Assembly (NCBI GenBank): GCA_020161835.1
Contig: JAIUNL010000012.1
Coordinates: 35,081 to 99,080, forward strand
Origin: Bacteroidota bacterium
GTDB lineage: Bacteria; Bacteroidota; JABWAT01
Direction: 5' to 3'
Length of the DNA: 64,000 nt
The stretch's first letter is position 1. Every line of letters begins with the position of its first letter. Position numbers and translations under genes: made by a program. The notes under the pieces are model-generated. The model did no database searches and was not told the DNA's origin. It saw nothing but the letters and a program-made list of their open reading frames with translations. Shown here piece by piece: positions 1-8,463 of the stretch.

Positions 1-195
1 ATCGCCAAGCAACCGTATTTCTCCGGAATCTGCATCGCTGATTCTGCTGATCAGTTTGATGGTTGTGGTTTTTCCGGCACCGTTCGGGCCCAGAAAACCA
101 TAAATTCTGCCTGCATCCACAGAAAGGCTGATGGTATCAACGGCTGTAAATTTCCCGAATGATTTTGATAAACCCCGAAGTTCAAGAACAGACAT
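1..195 (-). CDS. ABC transporter ATP-binding protein, N-terminal 65 codons only (gene runs off the window start)
   Basis: My own minus-strand translation from the ATG at 195-193 gives MSVLELRGLSKSFGKFTAVDTISLSVDAGRIYGFLGPNGAGKTTT, with Walker A GPNGAGKT. The ATG shares one base with the TAA of the upstream ORF (TAATG). Confidence 0.85.
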   Translation of the reverse strand, partial: MSVLELRGLSKSFGKFTAVDTISLSVDAGRIYGFLGPNGAGKTTTIKLISRISDADSGEIRLLGD

Positions 196-1706
196 TAACT
201 GTTTCCTTTCACTAAATCTGCCATTTTTTCCCGTCTGCTGACCCAAATTCTGGATATCAAAACCGGGGAATAAAATAAACTTGCCAGAATCACCCCGGTA
301 AACCCGATCAAAAGAATCCATTGAACTTCCGGGGACGTTAAAATCAGTTTCATGATATAGTCAGTTGCGGTCATCATCAGAAACATTCCGCCTAAAATAA
401 AAGCAGCAAGCCAAAGCCGCTGCGTCGTTGGGACGTTAAATCCGCCTTTAGCCGGAATTTTAATCAGCACCCAGGCATTGGCAAGCACCATCAGATCAGA
501 AAATATCAGGCAAAAAGTTACAATCCAGGCCATTTTGACTACCCAGATCATGAACAACGGGGTCGAATGAAGTTGATACCCGTCGAAACCCATCAAAAGC
601 AGGAAGGATGCCAGGATAAAAATGGAATAGGCCGTTTTTAACTGAAAAAGGAGTTTCGTGACCGGGCGATCAAGGGTCAGATGAAGTAAAATAAACGGAC
701 CCAAAATTCCGGCAGCATAAAACCAAAAGGACGTTCCGATGACCATCCAGGTGAGTTTGGTGTCCATTTCAAACAAATGCTGTGCGGGATTATCCGAAAA
801 ATTGACACTTCCGGTGAAAAATCCGATAAACGGACCCATCAAAAGAAAAATCCCAAACGTTGGATGGCGTCGAATGGCTGCCCACCAGGGATTCTGAATC
901 AAGTTCACTTTTTCAGTTTTTTCTGAAAGGGAAGAAGAAACCCGTTCCTCCGTTTTTTCGAGATACCAGAAAAGGAAAAAATCCACCACCAGACTTATAC
1001 CAAAAATTCCGAGAATAAGCAGGGAATTCTGAAGGGATGGATGAAAAAGGTTGGTTACCATGAGTCCGGTAATCCAATAGGAGTTCAGAGTTGAAAGCAG
1101 TTCAAGTCCGGAACCCGTTCCCACCATTTTGATGATCAGAAAATAAAGAATCAGAAACAAAACAACTGAGAACTGAGCGAAATACCATTTTTTCTGCTTC
1201 AGGCTAAACATGATGGCGGATACCACCCTGATCACCGTCTGCAGAAACAGCATCCAGATGATAATATGGGCAAGAACAAAAGGGAATTCTTCCAAATTGA
1301 AATAGGAGTAACCGAATTTAAACAGAAAGAGAAGGATGAAAAAATTCTGAATCGTCATCAGCCGTTCAACCCAGTCGTAAATGACCAGCTCCGGATACGA
1401 AACGGGTAAAAAACGGAAGCGGCCAAGTCCGGTTTTCCCGGCTTTCATTAACCGGATTGGGTACAAAACTGAATAAACGAAAGTTGCCCCAAACAGGAGA
1501 TGCCAATAAGGAATTGATTGTTCCCGGTTGGCTACCATATCATCTGAACCACCCATGAATGACTTGTAGAAAACGAAAATCCAAAACGCAGCAAAAAGTA
1601 AAATGTGAAACAACGTCGCCATTTTATTTTGTCCGAATAGCTGGTTTCGCATCTGACGGTACCGGCCGGTGATCAGGATTTTTAGTATGTCGGGACGTAG
1701 AATCAT
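195..1706 (-). CDS. Polytopic integral membrane protein, putative permease partner of the downstream ABC ATPase
   Basis: 503-aa ORF that is very hydrophobic with many predicted TM segments. It is translationally coupled to the ABC ATPase. I recognised no catalytic motif. Confidence 0.6.
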   Translation of the reverse strand: MILRPDILKILITGRYRQMRNQLFGQNKMATLFHILLFAAFWIFVFYKSFMGGSDDMVANREQSIPYWHLLFGATFVYSVLYPIRLMKAGKTGLGRFRFLPVSYPELVIYDWVERLMTIQNFFILLFLFKFGYSYFNLEEFPFVLAHIIIWMLFLQTVIRVVSAIMFSLKQKKWYFAQFSVVLFLILYFLIIKMVGTGSGLELLSTLNSYWITGLMVTNLFHPSLQNSLLILGIFGISLVVDFFLFWYLEKTEERVSSSLSEKTEKVNLIQNPWWAAIRRHPTFGIFLLMGPFIGFFTGSVNFSDNPAQHLFEMDTKLTWMVIGTSFWFYAAGILGPFILLHLTLDRPVTKLLFQLKTAYSIFILASFLLLMGFDGYQLHSTPLFMIWVVKMAWIVTFCLIFSDLMVLANAWVLIKIPAKGGFNVPTTQRLWLAAFILGGMFLMMTATDYIMKLILTSPEVQWILLIGFTGVILASLFYSPVLISRIWVSRREKMADLVKGNS

Positions 1707-1709
1707 GGA

Positions 1710-1744
1710 ATTGGTGGTATGTGATAGGTGGTCAGTGGTAAGTG
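1710..1744. repeat. Degenerate heptamer array (5 units ending in GTG): attggtg gtatgtg ataggtg gtcagtg gtaagtg
   Basis: Read directly from the sequence. The array begins 4 nt from the start codon of the 195..1706 gene. Confidence 0.7.
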
Positions 1745-1760
1745 AACAATAATTTTGGCT

Positions 1761-1836
1761 GTCATCCCGGCCTACGAGCCGGGATCCAGTAATTCGATTT
1801 CAAACTCATGGATCCCGGCTCGTAGGCCGGGATGAC
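1761..1836. repeat. Perfect inverted repeat with 27-nt arms and a 22-nt spacer; each arm contains its own hairpin
   Basis: gtcatcccggcctacgagccgggatcc (1761-1787) is the exact reverse complement of ggatcccggctcgtaggccgggatgac (1810-1836). Each arm has an inner cccggc/gccggg stem. The repeat lies between the valS stop and the next gene start. Confidence 0.9.
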
Positions 1837-1856
1837 AATCGCATGACCAACCAACC

Positions 1857-4517
1857 TCACCCAAACTGGGCTATTGCTGTTTTCAATTTTCCGAGATTCT
1901 CCTCAATTGCTGCAGCTTTTTCTTTCTCAGCTACGATAACAGATTCCGGTGCTTTGGCAACAAATCCCGGATTGTTCAGTTTTCCCCAGGTTGCTCTTAA
2001 AATGCCTTCCAGGCGGTCAATTTCTTTCTGCAGCCGGGCTTTTTCAGCTTCAACGTCAATCAGTCCTTCTGTCGGGATGGAAATTTCCTGTCCGTCGACA
2101 ACGATGGAGCCCGCCATTTTGGGCTTTTCAACGTTTTCACCCGCAGTAATTTCCGTTACCCTGGATTGTTTTTCGAAGTAACTTCGGTACAGATTGAAAA
2201 TATCAGTGTATTCCTGTGAAGTGGTTTTCACAATCAGGGAAATTGCTTTACCCGGAGCCACATTCATTTCAACACGGACATTCCGGATGGAGTTGATACA
2301 TTTCTGAACAAATTCCATCTGACGGGCTGCCGGTTCATTCTTAAATTCAGCATTTACAACCGGATACGAATCGTACATGATCGTGTCAGCGTCTTTTCTC
2401 GGGCGAAGGGAATGCCAGACTTCTTCTGTGATAAACGGCATGTACGGATGCAACAGCTTCATCATCGTTTCAAAAAGGAAAAGTCCGATTGCCAGGGTTC
2501 TTTCCTTTTCAGCCGGATCGTCACCGTATAATCTTGGTTTGATCAACTCAATGTACCAGTCACAGAAATCACTCCAGATGACGTCATAAACGGCGTTGAT
2601 GACATCGTTCATCCGGTACTTTTCATAACCTTCGTTGGTTGACTCAATGGCAACCTGAAGCCGGTGAAGCATCCACTTATCAGCCAGATCCAGTTTTGCC
2701 GGATCAATAACCGTTGAATAGGATTTTCCTTCTTCGATAAACATGGAAAGAAACCGGTAAGCATTCCAGATTTTATTGGAAAAATTCCGTCCCTGTTCCA
2801 GACGTTCTTCATCAAAATGGATATCCATTCCCTGAGGCGCCACCATCATGATACCGACCCGGAGTCCGTCTGTACCATACCGGTCAATCAGATCAAGCGG
2901 TTCAGGAGAATTGCCAAGTGATTTAGACATTTTCCGGCCCAGTTTATCTCGGATAATGCCGGTGAAATACACATTTTTAAACGGAACTTTTCCGGTAAAA
3001 TAAAGAGACGACATGATCATCCGGGCAACCCAGAAAAAGATAATATCAGGTCCGGTAACCAGATCATCAGTCGGATAATAGGATTTCAGATGGAGTGAAT
3101 CTTTCGGCCAGTCCAGCGTAGAAAACGGCCAGAGCTGGGAAGAAAACCACGTATCAAGAACATCTTCATCCTGTTTCAGATTGGCAGAACCGCATTTCGA
3201 GCAGGTTTTCGGATCTTCAAGCTCACAGATCAGTTCACCGCACTCCTGACAGTACCAGACTGGAATACGGTGTCCCCACCACAATTGACGGGAGATACAC
3301 CAGTCGCGGATGTTGGTCATCCAGTGTTCGTAAGTTTTCGTCCACCGTTCCGGATAAAAATTGATTTCTCCGTTTCTGACGGCGTCAAGCGCCGGTTTTG
3401 CCAGCGGTTCCATTTTCACAAACCATTGATCGGAGAGGCGGGGTTCAACAACCACATCAGCCCGTTCAGAATAACCGACTTTATTTTCGTACTCTTCGAT
3501 TTTATTGAGAAGTCCGAGTTTTTCGAAATCGGCAATGATTTTTTTCCGTGCTTCAAAACGATCGAGCCCAACATAGTCAGCAGGAACGGATTCATTCAGT
3601 GACGCATTTGGATTCATGATATTGATCATGGGCAGGTTGTGCCGTTTCCCGATTTCATAATCGTTCGGATCGTGAGCCGGGGTGATTTTTACTGCACCGG
3701 TTCCAAAAGCTGCATCCACATAATCATCAGAAATCAAAGGGATTTGTCTGCCGGTCAACGGAAGGTTCAGCAACTTTCCGAGTTTTGAAATATACCGTTC
3801 ATCGGTCGGATTTACGGCAACTGCAACGTCACCGAGCATCGTTTCCGGTCGGGTTGTGGCAACCGTGATATGACCTGACCCGTCAGCAAACGGATAGTTG
3901 AAATAGTACAGTTTTCCCTTTTGCTCTTTGTAAATCACTTCTTCGTCAGAAAGTGCCGTCATTGACGCCGGGCACCAGTTGATAATCCGGGTTCCGCGGT
4001 AAATCAAACCGGCTTTGTACCACTCTACAAAGGTTTTTCTGACAGCGAGGGAAAGTCCGTCGTCCATCGTAAACCGTGAACGGTCCCAGTCGCATGAAAG
4101 TCCGAGTTTCTGAAACTGGTTGAAGATGATTCCGCCGTATTTTTCCTTCCATTCCCAGACACGTCCAACGAAAGCTTCACGGCCGAGGTCATGGCGTGAT
4201 ATTCCTTCTTCTGCTTTAAGGGTTTTTTCGACACGGGTTTGGGTTGCAATTCCGGCATGATCCATTCCCGGCTGCCAGAGCACATCTTTTCCCTGCATCC
4301 TTGCCCGGCGGCTGAGAATATCCTGAATGGTGAGATTGAGAACGTGTCCCATGTGCAGAACGCCGGTCACATTCGGCGGCGGAATCATGATGGCGAATTT
4401 CTTTTTGGGGGATTCCGGATTGGAACGGAAATGTCCGTTTTTCAGCCAGTTGGCATACCGGGTGAGTTCAACCTGTTTCGGATCGTAAACTTTGGCTTTT
4501 TGGATTGGTTCTGACAT
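1857..4517 (-). CDS. valS: Valine--tRNA ligase
   Basis: Class I aaRS motifs PPPNVTGVLHMGH (HIGH-type) and GRKMSKSLGN (KMSKS), with a ValRS-like coiled-coil C-terminus. Start placed at ATG 4517 (MSEPIQKAKVYDPK) rather than the upstream in-frame ATG at 4550. Confidence 0.97.
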   Translation of the reverse strand: MSEPIQKAKVYDPKQVELTRYANWLKNGHFRSNPESPKKKFAIMIPPPNVTGVLHMGHVLNLTIQDILSRRARMQGKDVLWQPGMDHAGIATQTRVEKTLKAEEGISRHDLGREAFVGRVWEWKEKYGGIIFNQFQKLGLSCDWDRSRFTMDDGLSLAVRKTFVEWYKAGLIYRGTRIINWCPASMTALSDEEVIYKEQKGKLYYFNYPFADGSGHITVATTRPETMLGDVAVAVNPTDERYISKLGKLLNLPLTGRQIPLISDDYVDAAFGTGAVKITPAHDPNDYEIGKRHNLPMINIMNPNASLNESVPADYVGLDRFEARKKIIADFEKLGLLNKIEEYENKVGYSERADVVVEPRLSDQWFVKMEPLAKPALDAVRNGEINFYPERWTKTYEHWMTNIRDWCISRQLWWGHRIPVWYCQECGELICELEDPKTCSKCGSANLKQDEDVLDTWFSSQLWPFSTLDWPKDSLHLKSYYPTDDLVTGPDIIFFWVARMIMSSLYFTGKVPFKNVYFTGIIRDKLGRKMSKSLGNSPEPLDLIDRYGTDGLRVGIMMVAPQGMDIHFDEERLEQGRNFSNKIWNAYRFLSMFIEEGKSYSTVIDPAKLDLADKWMLHRLQVAIESTNEGYEKYRMNDVINAVYDVIWSDFCDWYIELIKPRLYGDDPAEKERTLAIGLFLFETMMKLLHPYMPFITEEVWHSLRPRKDADTIMYDSYPVVNAEFKNEPAARQMEFVQKCINSIRNVRVEMNVAPGKAISLIVKTTSQEYTDIFNLYRSYFEKQSRVTEITAGENVEKPKMAGSIVVDGQEISIPTEGLIDVEAEKARLQKEIDRLEGILRATWGKLNNPGFVAKAPESVIVAEKEKAAAIEENLGKLKTAIAQFG

Positions 4518-4789
4518 GGATTTTGGGTGTTTTGCGTGAAAAATCAACAAATTTACGAAAAAGAAACCAATACATTAAACGTAAAGTACTCAAAGTTAAA
4601 TCAGGGAGCTGTGCAAAAGGAAAGGAAACATTACCCGGCTAGGTTCGTCAGTGAAAGATTGATGAAAATTTTTAATTATGACTTTTTATATTGAACTGCA
4701 TTCAGATCAGTCAATGAATTAGGATATTCAAGACTCTTTACTTTCCGATGAAAGTAAAATCAAGTATTTTTGCCCCATGGAGGATTTTT

Positions 4790-5689
4790 ATGTTTCGTTT
4801 AATTTCAATACTTGCACTATCCCTGGTAATTGGTTTACCTACATTTGCTCAAAAAAAGGTGAAACCAAAGAAAAAGGAACAACCGGTTACTGCTTTTCAG
4901 GAATTGGTAAATGCTGAACGTGCGTTTTCTGCTTTATCCCAAAAGAGTGGAATTAAGACTGCATTTACTTCCAATCTTTCTGATTCCGGAGTCCTTTTCC
5001 GTCCAAATCCGGTAAACGGATTAGGCTGGTTTGAGGCCAAAGGTGAAACACCCGGTACCCTGGTTTGGGAGCCCGAATATGCTGAAATTTCAAATTCTGG
5101 TACTTTTGGTTTTACAACCGGACCCTTTGCCTACAAACCTGACACACTTGACTGCAAGATTGGAAAATGCAGTTGGGGCAGATATTTAACTGTCTGGAAA
5201 AAAAACTCAGAAGGCCAATGGAAAATCATGATAGATTTTGGTGCCCGTCATCCGGAAGTTCAGGTTAAAAAGAAAAATGTCAAAAAAATAGATAATTCTA
5301 AATTTCTTTTCCGGGTGAATCCGGATGAAAACACAATGGATTCATTGCTTTCAATTGATCGTGCTTTAACCGATACCTTGTCTAAAAAGGGATACAGCAG
5401 AAAATTCCAGGCTGCCCTTCACAAAGAAGCAATTCTTTATGCTGACCGCTTTTTCCCGAAAACAGCAAAAGATCCGGGTCGGATTATTTCAGAAATGGAA
5501 GGTTACACAACCGTGATTCCAGTTGCCGGAATGGTTGCTTCTTCAAAAGATCTCGCCTATACATTCGGGAAAATTCAAGTCAGGGATAGTAAATATAAAG
5601 ATTTGGATAAGTATCAGTATCTCCGGATTTGGAAAAGGGATAAAACCGGCGGATGGAAAATCCTGGTAGATCTGACGAACCTCCAATGA
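4790..5689 (+). CDS. Secreted protein with two NTF2-like (DUF4440/SnoaL-type) repeats
   Basis: A signal-peptide-like N-terminus (MFRLISILALSLVIGLPTFAQ) is preceded by GGAGGA. Both halves end in a similar motif (WKKNSEGQWKIMIDFG and WKRDKTGGWKILVDL). The alternative start at 4748 lacks an RBS. Confidence 0.6.
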   Translation: MFRLISILALSLVIGLPTFAQKKVKPKKKEQPVTAFQELVNAERAFSALSQKSGIKTAFTSNLSDSGVLFRPNPVNGLGWFEAKGETPGTLVWEPEYAEISNSGTFGFTTGPFAYKPDTLDCKIGKCSWGRYLTVWKKNSEGQWKIMIDFGARHPEVQVKKKNVKKIDNSKFLFRVNPDENTMDSLLSIDRALTDTLSKKGYSRKFQAALHKEAILYADRFFPKTAKDPGRIISEMEGYTTVIPVAGMVASSKDLAYTFGKIQVRDSKYKDLDKYQYLRIWKRDKTGGWKILVDLTNLQ

Positions 5690-6204
5690 GTTCATCAATA
5701 TCCTTTCGCCGTGCGGTTTTTTCAGATGAATCTGCAATTTTCCAGCTTTATAAAAATGTAGCCCGTCTTCCCGGCGGAATTGCCCGTGAAGAAGATGAAG
5801 TAGATCCGGGTTATATCGCCCACTTTATGCAGCAGTCGCTAAACCGGGGACTTGAAGTTGTTGCGGTAACCGAATCTGGCAGGATTGTAGGAGAAATTCA
5901 CGCCTACCCGCCCGGAATTAAAGTGTTTGCCCATGCTTTCAGTGACCTGACCATTGTGGTTGATCCTGAATATCAGGGAAAAGGAATCGGCCGGAACATG
6001 TTCCGGGAATTTCTTCGGATTGTGGAAACTGAATTCCCTGATATTTTACGGGTTGAATTGGTCGTTAGAGAAAGTAACGAACATGCACTCCGGCTTTATG
6101 AATCGCTTGGATTTAAAGTAGAAGGCAATTTCGAGTACCGGATCAAATCTGTTGATGACGGATATGAATCTGATGTGCCGATGGGATGGATTCGGGGGAG
6201 ATAA
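5686..6204 (+). CDS. GNAT family N-acetyltransferase
   Basis: Acetyl-CoA-binding loop YQGKGIGRNMF and a GNAT-like beta-strand pattern. ATGA overlap with the upstream stop at 5686-5689. Confidence 0.85.
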   Translation: MSSSISFRRAVFSDESAIFQLYKNVARLPGGIAREEDEVDPGYIAHFMQQSLNRGLEVVAVTESGRIVGEIHAYPPGIKVFAHAFSDLTIVVDPEYQGKGIGRNMFREFLRIVETEFPDILRVELVVRESNEHALRLYESLGFKVEGNFEYRIKSVDDGYESDVPMGWIRGR

Positions 6205-6205
6205 G

Positions 6206-6247
6206 GGTTTAAGGTTGAAGGGTAAATGGTCAATGGTTAATGGTTAA
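6206..6247. repeat. Heptamer array of 6 units: ggtttaa ggttgaa gggtaaa tggtcaa tggttaa tggttaa
   Basis: Read directly. The array starts 2 nt after the GNAT stop codon. Confidence 0.75.
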
Positions 6248-6263
6248 TTGCAGGAAATTATAA

Positions 6264-6291
6264 ATTTTAGATTTTGAATTTTGAATTAAAA
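6264..6291. repeat. Heptamer array: attttag attttga attttga attaaaa
   Basis: Read directly. It is roughly the reverse complement of the array at 6371-6398. Confidence 0.65.
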
Positions 6292-6317
6292 TCAGAATTA
6301 GCAATTAAACAATTTGA

Positions 6318-6357
6318 GTCACCCTGAGTCTCTATCGAAATACGGATATCGAAGGAA
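6318..6357 (+). repeat. GTCA-stem-GAG...TCGA-stem hairpin module
   Basis: gtcaccctGAGtctctatcgaaatacggataTCGAaggaac. It sits at the centre of the convergent intergenic region. Confidence 0.6.
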
Positions 6358-6370
6358 CTTATGTCTTTCC

Positions 6371-6398
6371 AATTCAAAATTTAACACTCAACCTTTAA
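6371..6398. repeat. Heptamer array: aattcaa aatttaa cactcaa cctttaa
   Basis: Read directly. It forms an inverted partner of the left-hand arrays at 6206-6291. Confidence 0.65.
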
Positions 6399-6415
6399 CA
6401 TTCTGATTCAAAGAA

Positions 6416-6976
6416 TCAGATCATGTCTCCGAGCAATTCTTTTCTGGGTTGGGGAATGACAACTTTATTCACCAAAACACCCTTTTCAGTCAGGATGGCG
6501 GCACCTGCTTCTACTGCTGTTTTCACTGAAGCTACATCACCGGTACAGGTGAAAAATGCTTTTCCCCCAAGTGCCATTGCCAGTCTCACTTCAATTAGCT
6601 GAATATTGGCTGATTTCACGGCAGCATCGGCCGCTTCAATTAACGCTGCAATTGAGAATGATTCACAAATCCCGAGCGCATCTAGAAAATCCACATGAGT
6701 TTGTCCGGCAATGCCGTTCAAAACGGATGGATCCACATTCGGAATGACGAAATGATCAATCAGCGAAAACTTTACTTCCGCGCAGGCATTTTCAACCGCC
6801 GACTGTACAGCAGAAACATCCCCGGAAATCAGAACCATATATTTCCCTGAGCAAATCGTTCTGCTGAGCATGAGGTTGACATTGGCTGATTTCAGCATCA
6901 CATCAGCGGCCTGATATCCGGCAGCAATGCTGGAAAGTTCAATAAGTCCGATCGAAGAAGCAGGATAGGTTAGCAT
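6416..6976 (-). CDS. pduT: Tandem-domain bacterial microcompartment shell protein (BMC-T), PduT-like
   Basis: Two BMC-domain repeats are visible (IGLIELSSIAAGYQAADVMLKSANVNL... and ALGICESFSIAALIEAADAAVKSANIQL...). The motif SRTICSGKY matches my recollection of the PduT Fe-S ligand region (SKTICPGKF). Confidence 0.85.
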   Translation of the reverse strand: MLTYPASSIGLIELSSIAAGYQAADVMLKSANVNLMLSRTICSGKYMVLISGDVSAVQSAVENACAEVKFSLIDHFVIPNVDPSVLNGIAGQTHVDFLDALGICESFSIAALIEAADAAVKSANIQLIEVRLAMALGGKAFFTCTGDVASVKTAVEAGAAILTEKGVLVNKVVIPQPRKELLGDMI

Positions 6977-6981
6977 AAGAA

Positions 6982-7016
6982 AAGTGGTAAGTTATAAGTT
7001 ATAAGTGACAAGTTGA
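6982..7016. repeat. Heptamer array: aagtggt aagttat aagttat aagtgac aagttga
   Basis: Read directly. It lies 6 nt upstream of the pduT-like start codon and is the inverted partner of 7091-7125. Confidence 0.75.
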
Positions 7017-7090
7017 ATAATAAATAAATGGCAGTCTGATAAAATGATCTCTAAAAATTAAATGAAGTGGTTTCCTCGTTTCCCGTTTAA

Positions 7091-7125
7091 CCACTTATAA
7101 CTTTTAACTTATCACTTACCACTTG
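7091..7125. repeat. Heptamer array in inverse orientation: ccactta taacttt taactta tcactta ccacttg
   Basis: Its reverse complement reads caagtgg taagtga taagtta aaagtta taagtgg. The array overlaps the last four codons and stop of the pduS-like gene (A S G K stop). Confidence 0.75.
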
Positions 7126-8437
7126 CCTCAATAATCACATAAGCCGGATTCACTTCCCTGACCAATCCGGAAATACTGGCGTGAATGATTGAACCCATTT
7201 TCCCGGTTGCAGGTTCAGCAAGTTTATCACCTGTTTTAACAGAAGTCCCCTCTTTTACCGAAGAAAGTGCTGCATCACCTACGTGCTGACGAAGCATTAT
7301 TTTAACCCATTTGGGCACAGGTTTTTCGGAAGTAAATGGGGTGTGTGATTCAAATTCCGTCAATCCGAGACGTTTGACCAGTTGTTTCAGCGGGACACGT
7401 CTTCCTTCTTTAAACGGGTGGACTTCAACCGGTTTTTTCTGCTGCATTTTGATTCCGGCAGCTTTATTTTCCCGTTTGCTCTGATCACAGGCTTCTTTCG
7501 GAAATAAATCTTCAGGACAGGCGTACAACGTGCATAATCCGCATGAACAGCACAGATCAGCGTAAAGATTCCACATGGAATTATCCTGACCGGTAAACCC
7601 AAGTGATCTCATCACTTTATGGGGCTGAACGTCATAACCGAGCAAATATCTGGGGCAATATTCGGTACAGTAAGAACACTGGTCACAGGCTGATTTTCCG
7701 ATTTTGTGCCAGTTTTTTTCGGGCTGATTTTTCCGCTGGATGAGTTTATGATCTTCAGGAAGGATGATGAGTCCGCCGGTGGTTTTGGTAACAACTTCGG
7801 TACGGTCAAAGGTGAGTTTCCCCATCATCACACCGCCAACGTAAATCCCATATTTTTCAACAGTTACGCCACCACAAAAATCAATCAGTTCACCAAAAGT
7901 CGTTCCGATCGGAACCCAAAAGGATTTTGGTGATTTGACTGCGCCGGTTACACAAACAAATTTTTCAGTCACCGGTTTGTTGATTGAAGACCGGTAAACA
8001 TTCAGAACCGATTCAACATTGTTGACTACACATCCAACATTAAGCGGAATTCCGCCCGGGGGCATCAGACGACCGGTTGCAGAGTGTACAATTTCATATT
8101 CATCGCCGGAAGGATAAAAATCGCCCAGTTCAAAAATGGCGAGTCCTGTCCCTGGTAGATAGGCGGAAATGGCATCAATGGCTGCTTTATTTTTCGACTT
8201 GATGCAGATGAGTCCGGTCGCAGCGCCAACCTGATTTTTCATCAGAAGGGAGCCTTTTACGATTTCTTCGGCATGATGAAGCATCAGTTCATAGTCTTTG
8301 TGAATCAGGGGTTCACATTCAGCACCGTTGACCAGAAAGTAATCAACTTTGGAAGTTGCTTTCACATGGGTCGGGAATCCGGCGCCACCGGCACCGACAA
8401 CTCCGGCTTCAGCAATAAGTTCAGGTAATGTTGCCAT
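7112..8437 (-). CDS. pduS: PduS/RnfC-like flavin and Fe-S oxidoreductase
   Basis: NuoF/RnfC-type nucleotide-binding motif GAGGAGFPT, followed by an SLBB-like middle region. Two ferredoxin-type clusters are present (CDQCSYCTEYCP and CCSCGLCTLYACP). The C-terminal roughly 60 aa (VKEGTSVKTGDKLAEP...IHASISGLV) resemble the RnfC N-terminal barrel-sandwich domain. Confidence 0.8.
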   Translation of the reverse strand: MATLPELIAEAGVVGAGGAGFPTHVKATSKVDYFLVNGAECEPLIHKDYELMLHHAEEIVKGSLLMKNQVGAATGLICIKSKNKAAIDAISAYLPGTGLAIFELGDFYPSGDEYEIVHSATGRLMPPGGIPLNVGCVVNNVESVLNVYRSSINKPVTEKFVCVTGAVKSPKSFWVPIGTTFGELIDFCGGVTVEKYGIYVGGVMMGKLTFDRTEVVTKTTGGLIILPEDHKLIQRKNQPEKNWHKIGKSACDQCSYCTEYCPRYLLGYDVQPHKVMRSLGFTGQDNSMWNLYADLCCSCGLCTLYACPEDLFPKEACDQSKRENKAAGIKMQQKKPVEVHPFKEGRRVPLKQLVKRLGLTEFESHTPFTSEKPVPKWVKIMLRQHVGDAALSSVKEGTSVKTGDKLAEPATGKMGSIIHASISGLVREVNPAYVIIEASGK

Positions 8438-8463
8438 GGTTCTTTAGATTAAATTGTAAAGAT

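Noticed and set aside
6206-7125. Possibility that the short tandem arrays are CRISPR arrays
   Set aside because: The units are 7 nt with no spacers, the arrays are at most about 50 nt long, and there are no cas genes.
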